IMG/VR virus record: IMGVR_UViG_3300045996_001760
Location: 1 to 51,772 of that record
From: a virus
Lineage: Duplodnaviria; Caudoviricetes
DNA length: 51,772 bases
Direction: 5' to 3' (one strand)
Below are positions 8,815-17,559 of this stretch, in pieces. How positions within the stretch are numbered: position 1 is the stretch's first letter; the number at the start of each line of letters is the position of its first letter. The position numbers were made by a program, and so were the translations under genes. A model generated the notes under the pieces. The model worked only from the letters and a program-made list of their open reading frames with translations. It searched no databases and was not told the DNA's origin.

Positions 8815-9221
8815 ACGGAGCCGCACCCCGCGAAGATATGAAAGCTCCGCCGGCCTCGCCGGTGTGGTGGGTCGCATACCATGACGGATCCACGTGCTGG
8901 GTTTTCTGCCGGCTGTGGGTCGAGGCCAGAGAAATGGTGCGGGTAGCCTTAGGCGCGGGGGAGGTGGCCTTAGACTTCGACCCGCTGTGTACACAAGTGG
9001 CGGAGTTCAAGGAGGACTCGCACCTCTCGTGCTGGGCCACGTTAGCCGCCCCCGATAAGTATGGTGGCCACCACGAAATCGCGCTGCGCTCGCTTCTGCG
9101 CTACTGGCAACCCGACCTCAATATCAGCCAGCTCAGCCTACAGGGAGACCGAGCTCACCTCGCCGCCAAGCTTCAAGAGCTTCGGCAAGACCCGAGGAAT
9201 TCTCCGCGAGGTGCAAGATAG
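8811..9221 (+). CDS. Hypothetical protein; its 3' end overlaps terL convergently
   Basis: GGAGG SD and ATGA coupling. Confidence 0.55.
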   Translation: MNGAAPREDMKAPPASPVWWVAYHDGSTCWVFCRLWVEAREMVRVALGAGEVALDFDPLCTQVAEFKEDSHLSCWATLAAPDKYGGHHEIALRSLLRYWQPDLNISQLSLQGDRAHLAAKLQELRQDPRNSPRGAR

Positions 9222-10653
9222 CCTGCGCGGTGGCCGCGGTGTCGTCGTCATGCTGGACACCGTGCGGGTAGTTCTGAAGGTTCCTGCACTTCTCTTCGGT
9301 CCACTGCTCACCATCGAGAATGAACACCTTGCCCGCGCGGAAGTACGCGCCCGCCGCGTGGGCTTTGGCTTCGATGCCGCCGCCGGTCCCCACGGCCACC
9401 ACGTCCAGCGCGAGCTGGCCCATGCGCTTGGTCAAAGTCTCGACCACCGCGGGGCCGTTCGCTGCGTCCTCGATCAGCACGGAGTGTGGTCGCCAGATCG
9501 CAACGGCTTCCAACACGGCCTCGACGGTATCGAAGAAGCCAGCGTGAAGCATGCGCGAGAAGTACAGGTAGAAGTTCTCGCCGTTCCAGCCCCACACCTC
9601 GATCGCCACATAGTCGTTGTGCGCGGCGTCCTTGAAAGAGCAGTCAATCGACACAACCGAGGCAGTGTTGACGAAGGGCATTTCTTTCAACGTGAAGCGC
9701 TTAAAGGGGCCCTTGAAGATCGTCCCTCCGGGTGGCGCTGGGTTTTGCTGAAGCTGCGCTTGGACGTCCGCCGAGGCGTAGCCCGCGCCCTTGCCGATGT
9801 CACGGACACGGCGCTTGTGCGCGCGCTCATTGAACCGCTTCGGGTTTAGTAGCTCACCCTCGCGCGTGCGCCGGTCCCCGCCCACCTTGGTCACGCAGCG
9901 CCGCTCAGGCTCGAACACTTCCGGCAGGCAGAGGTGACACGCCCCGCGATCGATCATGACCTGCGAGGGGTCGATCGCGTGGAGGCGTTGCATGACCAAA
10001 CCAACCTTGAAGGTTGACTTGCCGCCCACGCTGCGCGAGCCCAGCGTGTTGCTGAGCCAATCGGTGGCGTTCTGAAGCCGGGCTTTGAACTGCTTGCCCT
10101 TGCCTTGCTTGGCGTCCGCGGCTTTGACCGGGTCGTCAACCAAGAACATATGCGCGTGGACGCCCGTGCCAACGGAGCCGATCGAGGTGGTGAAGCGCGA
10201 CCCGCCCGCAGTGGTGAAGTACTCACCAACGGCCGTGGCCTTGGCGCCCGCGATCTTCACATGCGGCCAGCGCTCTTGATACCAGGCCGACTTGACGAGC
10301 TCGACGGAGCTGCGCGCGGCCTTGCGCGCGAGGCTGGCCGCGTAGCTGGCCGTCATGAACCGGTAGCTCGGATCTATCGTCCAGATCCACGCAGGCAAAA
10401 GCACAAGGGCCAGAAGCGTTTTGCTCTGGCCCGGCGGGACGTTTACGACGAGCTCGTCAATCTCGCCCTTGTACAGTGCCTCCCAGTGGGCGCACTGCTC
10501 TGTCATCTGCCAATCCCAGATCAGAGCCTCTGGCTTGGGCATGGTGATGTAAGGCCACGCCCGCTTGACGAACTCCGCGAAGCCGCCACGTGTGACGGCC
10601 TCGCGATCGAACTCCGCGCAACTCAGTTTCGGAACGAAGACGGCCGCGGACAA
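9133..10653 (-). CDS. terL: Terminase large subunit
   Basis: Walker A VNVPPGQSKT, Walker B FLVDDP, nuclease SIDCSFK, and a C-terminal HDDD. Confidence 0.92.
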   Translation of the reverse strand: MSAAVFVPKLSCAEFDREAVTRGGFAEFVKRAWPYITMPKPEALIWDWQMTEQCAHWEALYKGEIDELVVNVPPGQSKTLLALVLLPAWIWTIDPSYRFMTASYAASLARKAARSSVELVKSAWYQERWPHVKIAGAKATAVGEYFTTAGGSRFTTSIGSVGTGVHAHMFLVDDPVKAADAKQGKGKQFKARLQNATDWLSNTLGSRSVGGKSTFKVGLVMQRLHAIDPSQVMIDRGACHLCLPEVFEPERRCVTKVGGDRRTREGELLNPKRFNERAHKRRVRDIGKGAGYASADVQAQLQQNPAPPGGTIFKGPFKRFTLKEMPFVNTASVVSIDCSFKDAAHNDYVAIEVWGWNGENFYLYFSRMLHAGFFDTVEAVLEAVAIWRPHSVLIEDAANGPAVVETLTKRMGQLALDVVAVGTGGGIEAKAHAAGAYFRAGKVFILDGEQWTEEKCRNLQNYPHGVQHDDDTAATAQAILHLAENSSGLAEALEAWRRGELGLPVG

Positions 10654-10659
10654 GGGGTC

Positions 10660-10830
10660 TTACCTGTGCCCCCGCCGATTACGTTTAGCCTTCGCTTCGT
10701 TGTGGATCTTGTAGCCGCGCAGGTAGGCTACCTCGGAGCTGTGACCCTCACGCTTAGCCTGCGCCACGTTGTGATCGAACGCGGCTTGGCCCTCTTCGAG
10801 ACGATACTTGACTCCGTTTCGGTGGCTCAT
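10660..10830 (-). CDS. Hypothetical 56-aa protein (absent from the ORF track)
   Basis: MSHRNGVKYRLEEG...; ATGA overlap with 10827..11108. Confidence 0.55.
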   Translation of the reverse strand: MSHRNGVKYRLEEGQAAFDHNVAQAKREGHSSEVAYLRGYKIHNEAKAKRNRRGHR

Positions 10831-11108
10831 GGGGCCTCGACTGAGAGAAAGAACCCGTTGACGAAGGCTATGGCCGCGCCTTGAGAGTCATATGTTATAT
10901 TGGCGAAAGTGTCCTCCCCTTGCCAAGTCCACGCGCTATCACTCTCGCGCGCGCGGGTGATACGTACCCGCAGGCCAGAAGGCAGCGTTCTCCACTCTAA
11001 TCGCGCAAGAGGGTAGCGCCTCATGACCTCGCCGGTGATGATACCGGTAAAGGTCCTGAGGGCCGTTGTTAAGGCGTCGGGTTGATCGCCTGGGCTAACT
11101 GCGGGCAT
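10827..11108 (-). CDS. Hypothetical protein
   Basis: SD AAGG; lies within the operon. Confidence 0.6.
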   Translation of the reverse strand: MPAVSPGDQPDALTTALRTFTGIITGEVMRRYPLARLEWRTLPSGLRVRITRARESDSAWTWQGEDTFANITYDSQGAAIAFVNGFFLSVEAP

Positions 11109-11141
11109 ATACCTTGATTCCTTTCCGTGTTTGACACGAGG

Positions 11142-11939
11142 TTAGTAGTCGGACCCGCGGTAACCCTCAGGGTCACCGCAGGCACAGGGGGCCATGTTGC
11201 AAATACCACACACGGGGCCGCGGGCGTATGTCAGGTCTACCATCACCGTAGGGCCGCGGGTGTACACCTTCGCCGCGTGGGCGCGCGCGGCCTTGAGGCC
11301 CTCACACTCATGCAAGGATACGTCTGGGGTGTTCAGGTTCCCGCCGCACCACGGACACGCGTACCCGAAGACCACCGCGGGGTCGTTCACATCTGACTTG
11401 CCGTCCTCGCGGTGGCCCTTCTTGATCGGGCCCTTCGCTAGTCGATCGTTCATGGCCGGCCACTCCGCGCGGTTCGCCTCGGTGTACGCGCCGCGCTCAT
11501 ACAAGGCGCCGTTGCGTTCAATGATCCGGCGTGCGATCTTGTTCAGGCCCTCGAGCCAACCCCGCGCCTGCGCGGGCGGGCGGTCGTCGATCAGCGTCCC
11601 GTACACCTGCGCGGCGCGGATGATGAGCAAGCAGGCGCCGGCCTTCATGAGGTGGCTAACGCCCGTGCCAGGGATAGGGACTCCGGCCTCGTCCTTGTCG
11701 CACGTGTCCGGGTCCTCGTCCTCGCCTTCGACCCACGCGGCCACGTGCCGATCTAGGGCCTCGACGTACACCATCGCGCGCACAGGCGAAGCGAGGTAAT
11801 TGTGTCGGAAGTACTTGGTGTCACCTTCCAGGAAGGCAAGACCGAGCTCGAACAAGACACGCCGCGGGATAGCGCCCAGCGTGGCCTTGAGCGAGCCGAT
11901 CGCGTCTTTGGGGTTACCGTTGATCGCCACTGGGCTCAC
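11142..11939 (-). CDS. dATP/dGTP diphosphohydrolase-like (DUF5664) with Cys-rich C-terminus
   Basis: NPKDAIG, EGDTKY..HNY, ALDRH..AW.EGED.DPD and SHL..A.AC motifs. Start uncertain. Confidence 0.78.
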   Translation of the reverse strand: MSPVAINGNPKDAIGSLKATLGAIPRRVLFELGLAFLEGDTKYFRHNYLASPVRAMVYVEALDRHVAAWVEGEDEDPDTCDKDEAGVPIPGTGVSHLMKAGACLLIIRAAQVYGTLIDDRPPAQARGWLEGLNKIARRIIERNGALYERGAYTEANRAEWPAMNDRLAKGPIKKGHREDGKSDVNDPAVVFGYACPWCGGNLNTPDVSLHECEGLKAARAHAAKVYTRGPTVMVDLTYARGPVCGICNMAPCACGDPEGYRGSDY

Positions 11940-12198
11940 ACAGGCCTTTCTCGGCGCACAGGTCCAGGGCCTTATCCAGCGCGGCCAGCAGCACAGCACG
12001 AGACTTGTCCTTGTTCTGAGCGTACGTGCGGATCAGGTTCTTGGAGGCCTCGACCTGGGACTCCAACTTACCCGCGCCGTAGGCCGTGAGGATTTCGCCT
12101 AGCACGTCCTCGGGGGTTATATCGCGCTTGGATACGATGGCGGCCTTGCCTTCGAACGCGGCACGGGCCCGCGCGAGGCCTTCGGGGGTGTAGTTCAC
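11914..12198 (-). CDS. Hypothetical protein
   Basis: GTGA-coupled start VNYTPEG. Confidence 0.55.
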   Translation of the reverse strand: MNYTPEGLARARAAFEGKAAIVSKRDITPEDVLGEILTAYGAGKLESQVEASKNLIRTYAQNKDKSRAVLLAALDKALDLCAEKGLCEPSGDQR

Positions 12199-12371
12199 GC
12201 CCAGCCCACGCTCTCCCGCACGCATTGCACGATATAGGCGCAACGGCTGACGCCTGCCTCGGCCGCGGCCTCTTTGAGAGCCTCGAGCTCGGTCTCGGTG
12301 AAGCCCCCCACGAGAATCGGGCGCTTCGGGTCAGCGGTCGGCTTGGCTTTCTTCTTGTCTTTCTTGCTCAC
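12195..12371 (-). CDS. Ribbon-helix-helix-like DNA-binding protein
   Basis: PILVGGFTETELEALKEAAAEAGVSRCAYI; SD AAAGGA. Confidence 0.6.
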   Translation of the reverse strand: MSKKDKKKAKPTADPKRPILVGGFTETELEALKEAAAEAGVSRCAYIVQCVRESVGWA

Positions 12372-12460
12372 TTGGTCTGGTCCTTTCGATTGGAGGCCCC
12401 AGCGCGGCACCCCGCTTGGATTACCCAAAGCCGAGGCCGCGCTGTGGCCCTGAACAGATA

Positions 12461-12724
12461 TCACGCCATATATCTCGGCGCAAGGGCCAGGGCCGCGGCT
12501 AGCTCCTCGTTCGTCTTCTGGATACGCTCGGCCAGCTTCAAGGCCGCGGCTAGGTCCTCGAGCGCGCGGTCTCGCTGGCCCTCGGCCGCTATCAGATCGA
12601 TAGCGATCAGGGCCGTGGCTTGTTCGGCCTTGACTACGCGCTCGCATAGGTCGCTGAGCTTTTGCAGGTCCTCGGGCGGCAAGCACACCGACAAGACGAT
12701 TAGTGTCTCCACGTGGGCGCTCAC
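12461..12724 (-). CDS. Hypothetical coiled-coil protein
   Basis: GTGA-coupled start; Ala/Leu heptads. Confidence 0.55.
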   Translation of the reverse strand: MSAHVETLIVLSVCLPPEDLQKLSDLCERVVKAEQATALIAIDLIAAEGQRDRALEDLAAALKLAERIQKTNEELAAALALAPRYMA

Positions 12725-13083
12725 TCGGCCCTTTCCTGTCTCGCGCCGCACACCGGGCATGGTTCGCCTACCAGAATACCGTGAGTGTCCTCGGGGATCA
12801 CTGCCTCTACGCGTTCGATCATTGTGACGGCCCCAGGGTGACCGCACCACCACGTTTCCGTCCTCGCGTGGTGTTGGCCCTCGAGTTCAGCTACGCGCGC
12901 CTGTAGGCGGGTGATCTCCTTGGCCATATAGGCGTGTTCGAAGTAGACACGCTTGATCGTGTCCAAGTCCCGCAGCACGCTACGGAACCAGTTATATCGA
13001 GCGTTGACTCGGCGGATTTCCCTGCGCAGCACAGCGACCTTGGCGCGTAGGCGGTCGTTCTCCTTGACCAGGCCCTGATCCAC
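12721..13083 (-). CDS. Coiled-coil protein with C-terminal CGH...CPVC
   Basis: ORF track; operon context. Confidence 0.6.
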   Translation of the reverse strand: MDQGLVKENDRLRAKVAVLRREIRRVNARYNWFRSVLRDLDTIKRVYFEHAYMAKEITRLQARVAELEGQHHARTETWWCGHPGAVTMIERVEAVIPEDTHGILVGEPCPVCGARQERAE

Positions 13084-13084
13084 G

Positions 13085-13351
13085 CTACACGCCCTCCAAA
13101 ATGGCCTTGGCTATGGCGATAGACTCTGCCGCAACCCGTTCGCTGAACGGAGCCCGCCCCGAACCGCCAATCGCAATCCGGTTCACTACACCAGGCGCGA
13201 TCGTGGCGGCCAGCTCGGCCACCTTCATGCGGTATCGCAATGCCACCCGCCGCTCCGCTGCAAGCCTGCAATCGTCAGCGGTCCGTGCCTCGCGGCCTGG
13301 GTCCGTGTCGATCAGCCCGATCGATTGTCCGAATTCTTTCTGATCCATCAT
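13085..13351 (-). CDS. Hypothetical protein
   Basis: Strong SD AGGAGG, with TGcTATATA upstream. Confidence 0.7.
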   Translation of the reverse strand: MMDQKEFGQSIGLIDTDPGREARTADDCRLAAERRVALRYRMKVAELAATIAPGVVNRIAIGGSGRAPFSERVAAESIAIAKAILEGV

Positions 13352-13390
13352 TACCTCCTGCCTTTCGGTCTTGACTATATAGCACTGGGC

Positions 13391-13600
13391 CTAGGAGTCG
13401 TCACGCCCCACCGCGCCCAGCTGCGCGCGACGCAGCGCCTCGTTCATATCGCGCGCCCGCCGGCACGCTTCGCGGCCTAACGTAAAACCCGTGCCGCCGC
13501 ACCAGCCGCAGTGGGGCCACGCCGTACCGTTGCACAACCTGCAAGGCATTGCGTCCGGATCGTTTTGGTTAGCTGATATCTGTGGGGGTTGCTGAATCAC
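13391..13600 (-). CDS. Small DnaJ-type Zn-finger protein
   Basis: CRLCNGT...CGWCGGTG. Confidence 0.55.
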   Translation of the reverse strand: MIQQPPQISANQNDPDAMPCRLCNGTAWPHCGWCGGTGFTLGREACRRARDMNEALRRAQLGAVGRDDS

Positions 13601-14256
13601 GTCACTAGCCCTTTCTTGGTCTTGGTCGGGCTCAATATAGCACCCTTCGGCGAGCCCTTGGGCAACGGCAAGTGCGCAGGGTGGATCTTGATGGGCGGGT
13701 CGGGTACGCGCGCGAAGAGGGCTCTCCACCACAGGTCTTCTTCGTCGGCGACTTCGCCTTTGGCGCGGCGCATGATCGCGCGTAGGGCGCTGAACTCCGC
13801 GTCCGATATACGAGACCAATCCGGAGCGTCGGGGTCCTCGTCTCGATCCGGAATGCCCGCCTCTTGTTGGAGCTTGGCCGCCTCGAGCCAACGCTTCGCC
13901 CCGATCGCGTCGCCTATCTTGATCGCCTCCCTCGCCTTACCCGCGGGGGTGTTGTCGCTGCCCTCTTCAGTGTCCCCGAGCTCCGCACCCTCGGGGGCCG
14001 CGTCGGTGTGACCTGCTTTGATGGCCTCGCGCCAACGCCGCATGGTGGCTTTGGTGAGGGAAGGCCCACCACAACGTTCGAGCTCGGACGCAAGCTCGGC
14101 CGCGCTGGCCTTGGGCGCACGTTCGAGTAGGTACACAACGCAGCCGTACGGATCGAGCTGCGCAGCGTCGCCCAGGATCGCTACGGGAATATCCCGCCAC
14201 TCCTCGCAAGCGGGTTGCCTGATATAGGTCGGGGGTTTGGGTTGCTTCTTCTTCAT
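13597..14256 (-). CDS. Possible terminase small subunit
   Basis: N-terminal HTH-like segment and PDWSRISDAEF, resembling the DLSxLSDEEL tails of TerS; same strand, upstream of terL. Confidence 0.45.
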   Translation of the reverse strand: MKKKQPKPPTYIRQPACEEWRDIPVAILGDAAQLDPYGCVVYLLERAPKASAAELASELERCGGPSLTKATMRRWREAIKAGHTDAAPEGAELGDTEEGSDNTPAGKAREAIKIGDAIGAKRWLEAAKLQQEAGIPDRDEDPDAPDWSRISDAEFSALRAIMRRAKGEVADEEDLWWRALFARVPDPPIKIHPAHLPLPKGSPKGAILSPTKTKKGLVT

Positions 14257-15638
14257 ACGGCTAACCATAGCGCGTGATCGCGCGCTACGTGCCGAGCTAT
14301 GATCCGCGCGCACCGCTTGCACCGCTGTGCAGGTTCAGGCGCTGGCGCCTGCGTAAAGGATCGCGAGACCCCACATAGCGCGCGCCGGGACAGCACCCCG
14401 AGAGACACCAATCGAACGCGGTGGACCTTCCTCACCGCAACACCTCGCGCCCTTCCCCCGCGTCGGTGCGCAGACCGCACGCGACACAACGATACGCGCC
14501 TGTGACTTCCTCGCACTCAGTGGAGTCGCACGCGTCAGCCTGGCAGATGAATTGCTGATCGCGCGTGGGCTGGGCCTCGGGCCGAGGGGTGGAGTAGTGC
14601 CAACACGCCCGGGCAGGGAACATGTGACAGGTACAGTCAGGCATCGTCTTCGTCTTCCGTGGGGGTATATAGCACGTCCTCGTCGGACCATAGCTCACCT
14701 TCGCCGCCGAGCTCGCGCCGGCGGGTCTCACGCAGAGGGCCGCGCGCTAGGTCTTTCTCCTCGAAGAAGTTCGGCCCCGAGGGCGGGGCCTTGCGGCGGC
14801 GCCTGGTCACAGGAAACCCCCTCGCTTCCACTCGAGTACTTCTTGATACAGTTTCACCGCCTCGTGCACGGGGACGTCTAAGCCCTTCGCACGTGCGTAG
14901 GCGATGGCCGACCAGCGCAGGTGCGACCCATGGCGGCGGCGCTTGTTCTTCCACGGATCGACCTTGATCCAGCCCCACGCGTTGGACTGACCCAGGTACC
15001 AGATCTGCACTTGCACAGTCATGGGAACCCCTTGCAGACGCAGCCCAGCACCTTGCACTCACCGTGCGCGCTGTCACTTGGCTGGTACTCGGGCGGTACG
15101 GGCGGGGGCACGTCCAACGAGTTGAACAGTCCGACGTCATGGCCTCTACTGAGGGCCACCGCAAGGCGCTTGGAGTGAGGGTGCGCTGCATCAGTGCTGT
15201 GCTGCAGAAAGAATACCCAGGCGTGCAGTGCGAGGGCGCGAGCCGCGCATACCTGCGCGCGCAACACACGCAACTCTTCGTCTTGGGTCATGGCCTCACC
15301 CTAGGGAAGAACAAGGCCATCAACCTCTTCGCGGTCTCCTCGGTGATAGGTACGGACGCGGGCGCCTTCGCCTCGCGCGTGCGTTTCATGCGTGACCCCC
15401 GCTCGGCCTCGGTCTCTAGTCGCATGAAGCCTTGGTAGTGCGGCCCCGTGCACGCGGGGTGGCACAGCGTGTGCGATCCGTCCGCGTTCACCTGCGCGCA
15501 CACGTAATACCAACTGTGCAGGGTGTTCTGGATCGTGATCGTCTGTGGCCCTCCCAACACCTCGACCTCAGCCCCAGCTAGCTCCTCGGGTAAGGGCGTG
15601 GATGGGTTAGCGATCAGCGTTACTCGGTGCGTCGTCAT
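14253..15638 (-). other. Run of about six small overlapping hypothetical CDSs, several Cys-rich (e.g. 15019..15291, 15288..15638)
   Basis: Consecutive ORFs with overlapping stop and start codons. Confidence 0.55.
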
Positions 15639-15805
15639 GTGATCTCCACTTCGAGCTCGTTCACGGCGAAAGGCACGACAAGCCCGCTCACCTCCAACTT
15701 GACCTCAGCCACGCAGTCCACCGAAAATACCTTCACCACCTCACCGCGCAGGCCATTGAAGATCGACCACTCCACGCGCACGCGCACGATATCGCCTACC
15801 CTCAC
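15635..15805 (-). CDS. Stand-alone KOW/SH3-like protein, 56 aa (absent from the ORF track)
   Basis: MRVGDIVRVRVEWSIFNGLRGEVVKV...; overlaps neighbours at both ends. Confidence 0.6.
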   Translation of the reverse strand: MRVGDIVRVRVEWSIFNGLRGEVVKVFSVDCVAEVKLEVSGLVVPFAVNELEVEIT

Positions 15806-16119
15806 AGCGCCCTCCGTATCAACACCTCGGTCATAATTCGGTGTTCCACCTCCGATAGGTATCGGGCATGCACACCGGGGAAGCTCTCCTCCAAGATCGC
15901 GCGAACCACCTCGCGCGTCCCTGCAAGGTGAGCCGCGTTGTGCGCCGCACGTCCAGAGGCCTCGCCCTGTTCGGCAAGGGTCTGCGTGCTGACTTCAGTG
16001 AGTAGCCCCGATGCATCGCGCACGAGGACGGACACGATCTTGACCGGCGCGCGGAAGGGCCCCGGCAAGATGGGGCCGATCAGGTCGGCAAGGTCTGTGA
16101 CCAGTTTGGGGATATTCAT
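15802..16119 (-). CDS. Hypothetical protein
   Basis: ATGA-coupled ORF. Confidence 0.55.
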   Translation of the reverse strand: MNIPKLVTDLADLIGPILPGPFRAPVKIVSVLVRDASGLLTEVSTQTLAEQGEASGRAAHNAAHLAGTREVVRAILEESFPGVHARYLSEVEHRIMTEVLIRRAL

Positions 16120-16490
16120 CTCACGCTCCACGCGTCCAGCATGCGGTATATCGTGCGTCGGTCAATGCCGAGGAGCTTGGCCGCCTTGGTCCGGTTACCC
16201 TTGCAGTCCTCGATCGCAGTGAGCACGTGCGCCTTTACGATCGTCTGAAGCGTTGGTGCTTCGGTGGAAGGATCGAAGGTGACCCAGTCCTGGCACGCGG
16301 CGCGCGCAGCGTTCGCGGCCTCGGCAAGGGTGTGGGTCATGCGGGCGCTTCTGGTTCCGTGCACCACGTAGCCCGCGGGCCCGCCTTGGTCGAAAGAGGC
16401 AGCCGCCACGTGGTGGAAGGTGCCCGTGTAGGGCTCCTCGCCGCGGGCGCGAGCCTGGGCGGCTTCCTTGTCAAGATCGTGGCCCTTCAT
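16116..16490 (-). CDS. Fis-type (HTH_8) DNA-binding protein
   Basis: TLQTIVKAHVLTAIEDCKGNRTKAAKLLGIDRRTIYRML. Confidence 0.85.
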   Translation of the reverse strand: MKGHDLDKEAAQARARGEEPYTGTFHHVAAASFDQGGPAGYVVHGTRSARMTHTLAEAANAARAACQDWVTFDPSTEAPTLQTIVKAHVLTAIEDCKGNRTKAAKLLGIDRRTIYRMLDAWSVR

Positions 16491-16681
16491 GAGCGCACCC
16501 CCACAACAAGCCAATCACGCAAAGCGCGTTGTCCTCGCGCGTACACACCACCAAGACGCGTTTGCAGGGCCAGACCGCTAACGTCCCGCATCGCTGCTTT
16601 ACGCACTGCACGTGAACGGCTAATGGCGTCAACGTGTGTCTTGGTCATGTTCATCAGGTCGTAAACGATATAGGCCCGCAT
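16487..16681 (-). CDS. Hypothetical protein
   Basis: SD AGGAGG before MRAYIVYD. Confidence 0.6.
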   Translation of the reverse strand: MRAYIVYDLMNMTKTHVDAISRSRAVRKAAMRDVSGLALQTRLGGVYARGQRALRDWLVVGVRS

Positions 16682-16789
16682 AGAAGAAGCCCTCCTAGCC
16701 TGAAGCCCAGGCGCCGGAACCATTCCAGCGCCTGGGCCCTCATGGTGACCCGAGGTATATGGCCTCTATATAGCGTGGCGTCAAGGCCC

Positions 16790-16832
16790 AAAATAGACGA
16801 AGGCCCCGGACGGTACGAACGCCGGGGCCTTC
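16790..16832 (-). terminator. Putative intrinsic terminator
   Basis: 11-bp stem GAAGGCCCCGG/CCGGGGCCTTC followed by GTCTATTTT. Confidence 0.6.
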
Positions 16833-16961
16833 AAGATGGATCATGCAAGATTGTTAGGTTTACGCGCTGGCCCCCGATACCACGCGGGGCTGGCCGTGGT
16901 TAGCGACCTTCGCGCTCATGACGCGCCTCCGTTCGATATACCGAGCATGAACCCAGGCGCC

Positions 16962-17001
16962 AGAAAAAACAAGGCCCTGATCGCACGAGACGATCAGGGC
17001 C
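16962..17001 (-). terminator. Intrinsic terminator
   Basis: 11-bp stem GGCCCTGATCG/CGATCAGGGCC followed by TTGTTTTTT. Confidence 0.75.
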
Positions 17002-17064
17002 CTGGGCCGCACCGCGCACCGCTCACAACGGGCCTTTCCCCGTGCGCTTGTGCGTGGTGCGGAA

Positions 17065-17289
17065 TTAGTCTGAAGCGCCGCCCGCACCGGCCTGGCCTGC
17101 GTCGGGCGAGGCCTTGGGCTGGACCGACGCGCAGAAGGCCAACACCTCGGGCGCTGCGTCGGGGCCTGGGCTAACCACGGCGCAGAGGTGGCGCGCGGCC
17201 TTGAGCTCGCGTTCACCCAACGCGCTCACGCAGCCGGCTACGGCGAATGCGACGATCAACACGAGGGCGGCACGGGTTCGGAGCGACAT
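17065..17289 (-). CDS. Small putative lipoprotein with its own promoter and terminator
   Basis: MSLRTRAALVLIVAFAVAG-C lipobox; TTGACA-N18-CATACT at 17328-17299. Confidence 0.7.
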   Translation of the reverse strand: MSLRTRAALVLIVAFAVAGCVSALGERELKAARHLCAVVSPGPDAAPEVLAFCASVQPKASPDAGQAGAGGASD

Positions 17290-17324
17290 GGTTCGTGGAG
17301 TATGACCCAGGCCCTGGCCCTGTG

Positions 17325-17519
17325 TCAAATCGCGCAAAACCAGGCCCAGGACTTGGCCTGAAAACGCAGCTGACGATCCTGCTGACGTTGTTGGTACGCC
17401 GCTTGTTCGGCGCACGCAGCGCGCCACATGGCCCTGCCAACCTCAGCCAGCTCCTCTATGTCGGCCTCGGTCAACGGGCCCTCGATCACTGCCTCGTCGT
17501 GGATCCACGTAATAGCCAT
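17325..17519 (-). CDS. Hypothetical protein, first gene of the left early arm
   Basis: TTGACC-N17-TATATA (17554-17526) lies 6 nt before the ATG. Confidence 0.65.
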   Translation of the reverse strand: MAITWIHDEAVIEGPLTEADIEELAEVGRAMWRAACAEQAAYQQRQQDRQLRFQAKSWAWFCAI

Positions 17520-17559
17520 GCGACCTATATAGGCCCGCCGCGCTTACTGGTCAAGGTGC

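Noticed and set aside
11142-11939. 2-aminoadenine (Z) genome
   Set aside because: No PurZ-like ORF was recognised; a DUF5664-like gene alone is insufficient.
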